64,000 nt of DNA from Octopus sinensis (Eukaryota), in NCBI RefSeq assembly GCF_006345805.1, contig NW_021833243.1, forward strand, positions 1-64,000. Reading direction: 5' to 3'. Below are positions 11,733 through 21,489 of the stretch, piece after piece (position 1 is the stretch's first letter; the number at the start of each line of letters is the position of its first letter). The notes beneath the pieces were generated by a model. That model saw only the letters and a list, made by a program, of their open reading frames with translations, did no database searches and was not told where the DNA came from. Made by a program: the position numbers and the translations under genes.

Positions 11733-12399
11733 CAGGGTGGCCCAAAAGTAGGTTTACAGTTATTCAAATATCTCTCTTTCACATTCGTATATCAACAGTT
11801 TAGATCTTAATTATCCAAAAATATGAAACCATTATTCTATGCTAATTTAGTTAATTTTGTCAAGCTCCCTTTTCAGTTTGTAATTGTTTTTTGTTTTTTG
11901 ACAGGTTCTGTAAAATGTGCGCCATGACAAACGATTTAAATCACGAGCAAAGAAAGTGGATACTAAAGCAGTATTGGAAGTCTGAAAATGCCGAGCAAGG
12001 TGCACACCACACGGCAAGAAGCCTTTCACACCCCCCTCACCTTCACGGTCGAGTAGGAGGGCGTCGCGGCGTGAATGGAAGCCGCGGGCGCGAGCCCGGG
12101 TGAAGCCGACCGTGGGTGCAGATATCGGTGGTAGTAGCAAATATATATATGTAGATTGGATGAGAAATAAATTTGATACCACAGGTTCAGTGAGTAATGC
12201 ACCACAATCTGGACGCCCAAATACTTCTGGGATTGAAAAAAATGAGATGTTAGTGGCTATGATATTTGGAAACAGTCCAAAGCAGTCCACACGACCACGC
12301 TTCTCTAGAATTATCCATACCAAGAACATCATTGCAACACCTAATATCTAAGCTGAAATTAAAACGTGATAACTGTAAACTTACTTTTGGGCCACCCTG
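11733..12399 (+). mobile_element. Tc1/mariner internal-deletion derivative (30-bp TIRs, TA target)
   Basis: TIRs cagggtggcccaaaagta(g/a)gtttacagtta at 11733-11762 and 12370-12399, TA on both sides; transposase HTH remnants EQRKWILKQYWKSENA and KFDTTGSVSNAPQSGRP. Confidence 0.87.
12050..12143 (+). rRNA. 28S: 28S (LSU) rRNA fragment embedded in the transposon
   Basis: cgagtaggaggg...gaagcc.cgggcgcgagcccgggtgaagccg...ggtgcagatatcggtggtagtagcaaatat is colinear with the conserved eukaryotic LSU segment GAGTAGGAGGG...GGTGCAGATCTTGGTGGTAGTAGCAAATAT (recalled; LR7 primer region). Confidence 0.82.
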
Positions 12400-13094
12400 T
12401 ATATATATTTATTCAACAACGTCGCGTAAATTTGTAAAAATTTACCAACATTCCCTGACAAATCGAATGATTTGTAGTAACTTTTCAGTCCCTGGTTATC
12501 CCGATAAAACAGAGCTGTTAGCAAACGCTTTTCAGCAATGGACATTTATCTTTAACTTCGTTTACGTCTAGGGTTACTTGTCCAATATATGCTTCTCTTT
12601 TCCAGATGGTAGGATTTAAGTGAAGAATATTTACTGATCTTCCTAGCGTGTCAATGGTAATCCTGGTGATAATACGGTACTCCTAATAAATAGATGTACT
12701 CCTGACGTATAATTGTATGGTACCCGTATGGTACCCGTATGGTACTCTTATATGGCACATTTAGTAACCCAATAATTGGCGAGAGAATATTTCTCCATAA
12801 ATCAAGGCAAGACAGCTTCTACGGAGCCATATTATACCTGTTAGAAATAGAGATGGAAAGGTCTCTCAAACAATGCCTTAGAGTCTGAAAAAACAACACA
12901 TTTATGAATGGTGTCTGGAATAAAATATTCATGAAAATATGACAGTGTGGGCATAGCTGGATCGACTCTGATTAAGGACCTTCTCAAGGAGAGCTAGGCT
13001 TGGGGTTAAGTTACATCAACAAAATCGACATATAAATTGGTAAGCACAACTCTTGTGTTTGTTTCTGCATTCTACCAAATAATTCACAAGGCTG

Positions 13095-13399
13095 CTCTCA
13101 CACACACACACACACCACGTGTATACATACACTCGTATATGCGTATGTGTGCATGTATGTATGTGTGCATTTGCGCGTGTGTATACGTGTATATATATAA
13201 ATGTGTGTATATATATAAAAGAGTGTATATATATATATATATATGTATGTATGTGTGTATATATATAAATATGTATGTGTACATATATATATATACATAA
13301 ATATATACACAGATATATATATGTATATATGTGTGTGCATATATACATACATGTATATATAAATGTATATATAATCTGTATGTTTGTAAGTATATGTTT

Positions 13400-13467
<68 letters not shown>

Positions 13468-13550
13468 CATACACATGTGTATGCATATATAAATATATAT
13501 GCATACATACGCATAAGCAGACACAGACACACATGCGTACACAAACCTAT
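13095..13550. repeat. (CA)/(TA)/(TG) compound microsatellite
   Basis: Direct reading. Confidence 0.9.
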
Positions 13551-13849
13551 ATATAAACCTTATAGAAGGTGACTTGTTCAACTTAAAGAATTCTCAGACG
13601 TGAGAGATCCTTAGCTATGGCACTCGTCTATCGTTACTGAGAACCAATTCTCCCGTGCAGAATGCAAAGTATCGCACTTAGACAGGTTTTGGGGGCATGG
13701 TATCGTGGTGACAAGGAGGGGAAATTTTGTAAACTTTTCATTCTACAAATAAAATGAAAGATTGACCTATAAACGTAGGCAGAATAGATAAAAGTTGAAA
13801 TCGCGAAATAAGACTGAAAGTGAAAGTAGAGAGATGTGGTTAGAGAGAA

Positions 13850-14236
13850 TGATGAAGAGGAAGGTTGAGAGAGAAAGTGTGAGAGAGAGAGATAAAGTGA
13901 GTGAGAGAGAGAGAGAGAGAAAGAGATAAAGAAACGTATTTAAAGAGAGAAAGAGAGAGTGAGAGAGGGAGGGAGAAAGGGAGAAGTACTTAGAGAGAAT
14001 GATGGGAAAGAGCGATTGAGAAAGGAGAGAGAGGCAGAGAGGGGGAGAGGTGTACTTAGGGAGAATAAGGGAAGGGGAGATTGACTGATAGAGAAACGTA
14101 CTTATAGAGAAGAAGGGAAAGAATGGGACAGAAGAGGAGCGAGGGGTAAAGAGGCAAAGAAGTGGAAAGACAGTGAGAGAGAGGGAGAGATTACTTAAAG
14201 GGAATGAAGAGGACAGAGTGAGAGAGAGACGTACAT

Positions 14237-14271
<35 letters not shown>

Positions 14272-14790
14272 CAGAATGGGGAAGAAATTGAGAGAGAGTC
14301 CGAAAGAAGCAGAATTACGTATGTTTGATCGAATGTGAGTAAAAAGGTAAGAATATGAAAGAAGGAGCAAATAGGAAAAAATAACAGAATATATAAAAAT
14401 AGAAAGGGGAGTAGAGAGAAGGAGAGAGAGGCAAAAAGAGTGAGAGACAGAAGTGCATACAGAGAGGAAGCAAAGAGAGAGAGGTAGAGATAGAGAGAGA
14501 GAGAGAGCGCGAGAGATGAGTTGACAAGTAAAAACTACTAGTAAGAGATGAATGATGAGATAATGCAAAAAACAAAACAAAAAACAAAACAAAATTGTTT
14601 GGTTGATAGTGAAAGTGAAAGAAGGTAAGTAAATAAATAAATAAGTAAATAATAGATGCAAACAAACTAGGGAAAAAAAGAGGAAAAGACGTAAAGTCAT
14701 GATTGATCTTTGCCAGATAATTAAGTGCAAAATAAAAGGAGCGGAGAAGATCGACGCAGAGGAGGGGAGAACCGTAGAACCCATAACATG
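13850..14790. repeat. Purine-rich (GA)n low-complexity tract
   Basis: Direct reading. Confidence 0.85.
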
Positions 14791-14973
14791 ACAAAATACA
14801 GTGAACGGTCAACAATAAACTGACACTGTTATCCATAGTTAGAAAAATATATAATATAATATATCATATACTTTGTATATATTATATAATATAATATATT
14901 CATATATATATATAGTGTATTATAATAAACTATATATGTATATAGTGTATTATAATAAACTATATATATATAT

Positions 14974-15359
14974 AAGCAATAATAAATCTCTGAGCGAGAT
15001 GTAAACAGTAAGCGTTCGACAACGTAAAGTATACTAGCCATCTCAATATGGCTAACAACTAGGGGTGGGTGTTACTGTAGCTTTTAGCCCCAGGAGATCA
15101 TCGTCTCCAGCTGGCTTTAGACACAATTCCTGTGCCCTTATGACATTCGCAAAGGGAGGTCATCCCCTCTCGAAAACCTAAATGATACGCATAAGGACAC
15201 AGGAATTGTGTCTAAAGCCAGCTGGAGAAGATGATCTCCTGGGGCTAAAAAGCTACAGTAACACCCACCCCTAGTGGTTAGCCATATTAAGATGGCTAGT
15301 ATACTTTACGTTGTCGAGCGCTTACTGTTTACATCTCGCTCAGAGATTTATTATTGCTT
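14974..15359. repeat. Fold-back of an HHR-bearing small repeat (~167-bp arms)
   Basis: 14974-15142 is the reverse complement of 15190-15359; the family continues at 15360-15451 and 20733-20944. Confidence 0.92.
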
Positions 15360-15664
15360 TCAGACCGTTTTTCGAAATCAGTGACAGTGGTTACTGGGAA
15401 AAACATTAAATAAATATTCGCAAAAAGGTCTCTCCTCATCGAAAACCGGTGTTTTGACTCGTCTGCGTATTGAGAAGTTAGCTGCCTATTTTGTTGAGTG
15501 AGTTCGTTTTTTGTTCGTCGTTGTTTGTGTTTGCTCGTGAATTGTTGTCCGTTGTGTGACAGTAATTTTCGCCCTACGGGGCTAAAAATTCTGTGTATAA
15601 ACATTGTTATTACCTTCGGGGTAATTTTTTCTTTTTTGAAAAATTGGTTCTCATAATTTGAGAA

Positions 15665-16747
15665 ATGGAGTTCGACTTGGCGTCGAGGAGCGACTTTCCT
15701 GTGATGGGAAAATGGAAACAGAAGGATATCGAGGTTAAAAAACAGTCTTTTTCGGCCACAGTGGGCGGAACCATAACGGAAGTAGAATTTAAAATAGAAC
15801 AGTTGTTCGAATACCGGAACTTGGTAAAAAAGGAAGGCAACGAAATTAAACTGGTACCGCCGCAAGCGATATTACAGGAAATAAAGGTTAAGACAGTCGT
15901 ATACAAGGTTTACAGTAACAAAGAGAAAAAAATAATGGACGTGAAGAACAAAATAGTAGAGAAGTGCTTGTCCCCGGTGTGGAGCAAAATTCGCTACGTC
16001 GGTCGAGGTGCCCGCAGCGCTACCGTTGAAGCACATTTCGACTCGGCTGATGTGGCAATAGAGACTTCATCGATGACCTTAAAAAGTGAGGACATCATGT
16101 TACTACCTACATATATGGGAAAAAGAACTGCGAAACTATATGTGGAAGACATTCCAAGAGGATATGATATAATGTGGGTAGCAGCGGCGGTTCTGCACGA
16201 CGTAGAGCAGAAAGTCTCAATTCTGCAGATGAAAAGGAAAGAGGAGGTAAACTGGAAGGGACAAGTGCTCGAACTCCTCGTTCAAGCAGAAAATAAGGTG
16301 CTAGAAAACTTACCCGATAGGGTATTTATTGAGGAGGGAATTACAATGAGAGTGTCAGTGGAGGGGCGCAGACCTAGGTGTTTCAAATGTGGTGAAAAGG
16401 GTCACGTCCGCTCGAACTGCATAAAAAAAAAGAGAAACAGCGAAGCCCCTCCTCAAAGTGCTTCAAACACAGAAAAAGAAAAGGCGAAAAAAGACCCCAA
16501 GACTGCGACAAGGAAGGGAATCGAAACGGAAGATAAAAATGAACAAATGGAATTTACACAGGTGACACACAAAAGAAAAAAAGAAAATACCCTGGACTCC
16601 CCTCCCCAAACAAAGAAAAAATCAGCAAACACCGCAGAGATACATACAAAACAAATTCCCCAGCCCTACCCCCACGGTACTGTATTCATTGGAACACAGT
16701 TCGCCAAGCCCCTCCCTATAAAACAAGATTGGAAAAAATTGATTTAA
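15665..16747 (+). CDS. Tx1 ORF1 with CCHC zinc knuckle; may continue to 17014 through a frameshift
   Basis: 360-aa ORF containing RCFKCGEKGHVRSNC followed by a basic low-complexity tail. Confidence 0.85.
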   Translation: MEFDLASRSDFPVMGKWKQKDIEVKKQSFSATVGGTITEVEFKIEQLFEYRNLVKKEGNEIKLVPPQAILQEIKVKTVVYKVYSNKEKKIMDVKNKIVEKCLSPVWSKIRYVGRGARSATVEAHFDSADVAIETSSMTLKSEDIMLLPTYMGKRTAKLYVEDIPRGYDIMWVAAAVLHDVEQKVSILQMKRKEEVNWKGQVLELLVQAENKVLENLPDRVFIEEGITMRVSVEGRRPRCFKCGEKGHVRSNCIKKKRNSEAPPQSASNTEKEKAKKDPKTATRKGIETEDKNEQMEFTQVTHKRKKENTLDSPPQTKKKSANTAEIHTKQIPQPYPHGTVFIGTQFAKPLPIKQDWKKLI

Positions 16748-17115
16748 AAAAATGAAAAGGTTGTAGCATTCGACGAGAAAAATGATAGAATGTTCAAGTA
16801 TTTTAAATTCTCAAAACTGAAATTATTCAGTAAGTCTGCAGACACTAAGTCGACCACTCGTTTTGCAAAAATAAAGGAAGACGTGTGGAAGGATAAAACA
16901 ATCCAAGAACATTTAAAAAATAACCTTATCAGAGACGTTACTAACGAAATACTGGAGGGCAAACTTACTATAACCCTACACACCTACCCAGAGCCCGATG
17001 GCAACGCTGGTTAAGAGCCCTGCAGCTACGACCACAAGGGAGGAAGATTTAAATGCAGATTTAAACTGTCATGCTCCCTGTCTCAACAGTAAGTTTTTTT
17101 TCTCTCTCTCCGACA

Positions 17116-20100
17116 ATGGCTAAGCTGGGTTGTGTGAATGTGCGTGGAATGGGGTCGAAATAGAAACAAATTTGTCTCCTGGACGACCTCACGACACACA
17201 GAGTGGACGTAGCTATTGTAACCGAGTCCAAGATGAACGGGGCCCAAGCGTTCTCGCCTCTTCTAAATGGTTTCGAGAAATTTATTTCTCCTAGCCGAGG
17301 AGGAGGAAGGGGCGTGGCAGTCCTTATCAGGAAGAGCTTGGACTTGCAGGTAAGTACTGTCTTTCTGGACCCAGAAGGCAGGCTGGTCGTTCTGGATGTG
17401 ACCCACGTAAGTAAACAGTCATTCAGGTTGGTAGCTGTCTACGCTCCGAATGAGAATAGGCAGTCGGGTTTTTTTCGGAATCTGGAGCACTTTTTAGTGA
17501 CGTCGAAAACGGTAGTCTTAGTAGGGGACTTTAACACTGTCCTCGAAGCGCAGGTCGACAGTGTTGGCTCAACCAATAGGAAGGAGAACCCTAGCCTCAA
17601 GGGTCTACTAGAGAGCTTTAATCTAGTAGACCGTTATCGACTGGATGAGCCGAGCGTTCCACAGTGGACGTGGAGTAACAACGACGGCTCACGCAGATCG
17701 TATATAGATAGGATATTCGTTAGGAAAAGAGATAAGGATACGTTTAGTTGTCCACAGTTTCACATTGTACCTTACACGGATCACAAATTTGTGACTTGTA
17801 GGGTGCAATTAGATAAGTGTCATAGACAGGGATCCGGGTACTGGAAGCTGAACAAGTCTATTTTGAATTGTGAAGACTTCCGTACCCGGATTAAGGTGTT
17901 AGTACAGAGGGCATTATGTGGCACCATCATTAACAATAGATGGCGGCACTCCCTCAAAAGAGCCATTCATTCAGAGTCCATTAGATTTAGCAATCAGCTA
18001 AGGTTAGATAGGTCTAGGATAGAGGACGATTTAGTTAAGAATCTAAACGAGGCAATGGAATCTGGCTCTGCATCCGGAGTGATGGCGGCAAGGACGGTAT
18101 TGTACCATCACCTTAACTCCAAACACGAAGGTTGCAGAGTTAGAGCTAAGCTACGCGCAGAGAAACGAGAAGGTATTAACGTTGCCGGATGGGCCCGTCG
18201 AGTGGAGAGTCAGAGAGGCAACAAAGCTTCAATCAAGTCTTTAACTGACGAACAGGGACACAAGATCTATGGACAGGAGGAGATGCAAATGTTTCTTCAC
18301 CAGCATTTCGCCCGCGCGTTCAGGGGTGGTGGTTCGCTGGAGCGGGGGTGGGCCTTAAAGGACTTCCTAGCCGGCGGACCGCGGCTCTCGGGGCGTGAGG
18401 TGGAGTGCTGTGAAGGAGCGATCACTCACGCGGAGATAGAGGGGCTACTGGCCAGATGCGCCGGGGAGAAGTAGCCGAGGCTGGATGGTCTGCCCTACGA
18501 GTTTTACCAAAGTATGCCGGACTTGTTCGGGGGAATACTGGCAGGCGTCTACGCGAACTGGCAGCAGAACGGGAGAATTCCCAGTTCTGTAAGCCGGGGA
18601 GTGGTGACGCTAATCCAGAAAGACCCGAGCAAAGGAGATAACATTAGTAATTACAGGCCCATAACTCTACTTAATGTAGAGTTAAAGATTTTGGCCAAGG
18701 TGTTGGCAAAAAGGTTGACGACTGTCGTGGAGAAACTTGTAGGGAAAGCACAGACATGTGCAATTCCAGGCAGGTCGATCCAGGACAATCTTCACCTTAT
18801 ACGCTATACCTTAGATAGGGTGGGTAAATTAACCGGCAAGGGCGGGGTAATGGTCCATTTAGACCAAAGTAAAGCGTTCGATAGGGTAGACCATAAGTAC
18901 CTGGCGACGGTCCTCGAAGCGGCTGGACTGGGCCCTGAATTTCTTGGGTGGATCTCCGCAATGTATAGCGGCATCAAGTCCACCGTCCAGATAAACGGTT
19001 ACCTAACGGAACCGTTTTCGATCGAATGTTCAGTTCGTCAAGGGTGCCCCTTGTCACCACTTTTGTACGTGTTGGCTCTCGAGCCATTGCTGCGAAAGTT
19101 GGAGAGGCTGGGAAGTAACCCGGATGAGATCGGAGGCAGGAGGACGGTTTCTGCTTATGCAGATGACGTCACCCTCATCGTGTCCAATGAGGCTCAACTA
19201 CCTTGTGTAGAAGATGCTATCAGAGGATACGAGGCGGTGGCAGGAGCAAAAGTTAACAAGGACAAGTCGATTGGCTTACGCCTCGGCACCTGGAGGAGCA
19301 AGTCGATATCGTCCGGTGCCGTGGGACACTGGACAGATGGTCCTGTTAAGTTGCTAGGAGTTTGGTTTGGGCCAGAGGTGGAGGCCATAGTACGGACCTG
19401 GTCCGGAAGGTTTCTGTCCTTGAAAGGAAGGGCGGAGGTGGTACAGATGTTTATTGCATCTGTAATCACTTACCGCCTGACCGTTGTCCCTTGCCCCGAT
19501 TCATGGCTTAGCAAGTTGGAGCGAATCCTTTTCCGCTTTTTGTGGAAGGAAGGAAAGCCACTTGTGAGGCTCTCCGTTTGCTGCCAGGAACCGTTAAAGG
19601 GTGGGTTAGGAATGCCTTGGTTGATGATGCGCAGACATGCGCTGAGGCTGAAGCATCTCTGGCACCACCTGGAGGGTGATAAGGTGTGGAGTCCGCTGGC
19701 AGGGGAATTTTTCCCGAGACCGGCTTCCTTAGTGAATTTAAAAACCGGTTACATCAAAAGACGGAATCTGACTTTATGGCAAAAGGAGTGTCGACAGGCA
19801 CTCACGCTGATCCACAAGGCGGGCAAGGCGGCTGCGGAAATACCACCTCGGTATTTTATAGCAGCTGGTAGAGGCAAAGAACGACGACGTCCTAGGAGGG
19901 GCTCTGGGGTTCGACGAAGACCAGCTTACCAACCTGTTTAAAAAGACTTTCAGGACGGGGTATTTGGATAATTTCCAAAGATCCCTGGCCTGGCAGTGTT
20001 ATAGGAATGCTTTACCTGTTCGCGAGAAGTTATCGCGGCACGGAATTTCAGTGCCACCGACATGTCCAAGATGCGGGTTGGACGATGAAACCGTCCAGCA

Positions 20101-20464
20101 CGCTTGTGTACACTGTCGGCAGTTGTCAGACTTGATAAGTTACGCAGAACACGTGTTATCGCATCTGGGACGAGTACAGCTGTCGGCTGAGTCTATGATT
20201 AAGATGATACCGCCAACTGGACTCTAGAAGGAAGGTGAGGCATGTTTTCACTGCACGGTTGCAGTAGTAAAAGAATGCATGTGGCGTACAAGAATGGAAG
20301 GAGTCGCAATAGGATCCTTTGTCTCAGGCCCCGGCTTGCTCACTTACTTCAGATATCATCTGAAGAGCAAAATGGGGCTGGAAAAGAAGACCTTACCACG
20401 AGGTGTGTATGAAAAAAGATGGAAGGAAGTGGCGAAAAAGGTGGGTGTCAGAAACCCAGTTTAA
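17116..20464 (+). pseudogene. Tx1 ORF2 (APE endonuclease, RT, zf-RVT) with 3 in-frame TAG stops and 2 frameshifts
   Basis: GCVNVRG at the ATG (17116), GDFNTV, SYIDRIF, YTDH, NYRPITLLN, LDQSKAFDRV, RQGCPLSP, AYADDV, CPRC..ETVQH..HC; stops at 17161, 18472, 20225; frameshifts near 19830 and 19862. Confidence 0.92.
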
Positions 20465-20732
20465 CTATGGATGGAGAAGAGGAAAGGAAAGCTGCGGGGC
20501 CTTATAGGTTGCCGGGGTTTAAAATATATCGGTAAGATTTCAATCTAATGTAATGTTATATTAGTCAATGCAAAGGACAATTTAAATACAGTTTTTTGTA
20601 TAATGAATAATCCATATATTTTGGAAATTTTTAAACGGACCACTTAACTGTTTTTTGTATGTATGTCCTGTATTGTTCTTCTATGTACTGATTTTATAAT
20701 CATAATAAAGAATTACTCATCGAAAACCGGTG

Positions 20733-20942
20733 ATTAGCGCATGTTGACAAGAGACAATAATCTCGAAACTGCAGTCCATGCGTATCACTTAGGTTTTCGA
20801 GAGGGGATGACCTCCCCTTGCGAATATCATAAGGGCATAGGAATTGGTCTAAAGCCAGCTGGAGACGATGATCTCCTGGGGCTAAAAAGCTACGTAACAC
20901 CCACCCCTAGTGGTTAGCCATATTGAGACGGCTAGTATACTT

Positions 20943-20944
<2 letters not shown>
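20733..20944 (+). repeat. Continuation of the HHR repeat that hosts the Tx1 insertion
   Basis: 20778-20944 is the reverse complement of 15025-15192. Confidence 0.9.
20738..20782 (+). ncRNA. Type I hammerhead ribozyme with two core substitutions
   Basis: Stem I cgcatg/catgcg; core ttgacaa (for CUGACGA); stem II gaga-caataa-tctc; GAAAC-TGCA-GTC with palindromic ACTGCAGT; cleavage site after 20776. Confidence 0.75.
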
Positions 20945-20973
<29 letters not shown>

Positions 20974-21176
20974 TATGTATATAGTATATGTATATATATT
21001 ATTGTATTATATATGTATATATTATATGTATATATATATATGTATATATATATGTATATATATATGTATATATATTGTATATATATATGTATATTATATA
21101 TATGTTATATATATGTATATATATATATGTATATATATATATGTATATTATATTATATGTATATATATATATGATA

Positions 21177-21215
<39 letters not shown>

Positions 21216-21305
21216 TTTTAATCCAAACGGGAACAAAAAAAACAACAACAATGGAACAATTACAGTATTATTATTAATAGGCGCTCAGGAAAAGGAAGCA
21301 GGGAG

Positions 21306-21340
21306 GTATGACGTTTCGAGCGGAGCTCTTCGTCGGAAAC
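21306..21340 (-). ncRNA. Minimal HHR (U4C variant) in the Neptune pLTR
   Basis: Minus strand reads gttt-CCGACGA-a-gagc-tcc-gctc-GAAAC-GTC-atac. Confidence 0.6.
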
Positions 21341-21489
21341 ATAAAGAAGGGAGAGAGAGGAAAGAAAGATCCCAGAGCGGGCAACAGGGAAGAGAAAAAA
21401 GACGACTGGTGTTTACGAGTTGCACATGGTGAAAGGCGGATGTTTACGAAAACAGAGCAAAGTGGGTTTTAAAGGCAAAAGAGTGGAGA

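Larger units (their letters stand above)
15452..20715 (+). mobile_element. Full-length Tx1/L1-clade LINE with 17-bp target-site duplication
   Basis: TSD ctcatcgaaaaccggtg at 15435-15451 and 20716-20732; ORF1 plus ORF2; AATAAA at 20704. Confidence 0.92.

Noticed and set aside
15360-15451. Opposite-polarity HHR in the 355-nt monomer (ambisense, viroid-like)
   Set aside because: The core reads UCGAUGA, stems I and III do not pair, and the motifs are explained by a 12-bp inverted repeat (15364-15375 with 15439-15450).
17161-20227. All three Tx1 ORF2 stops are TAG, suggesting A-to-I recoding to Trp
   Set aside because: Context expects non-Trp residues (for example the Ser of K-S-P-G-x-D-G), so ordinary point mutation is sufficient.
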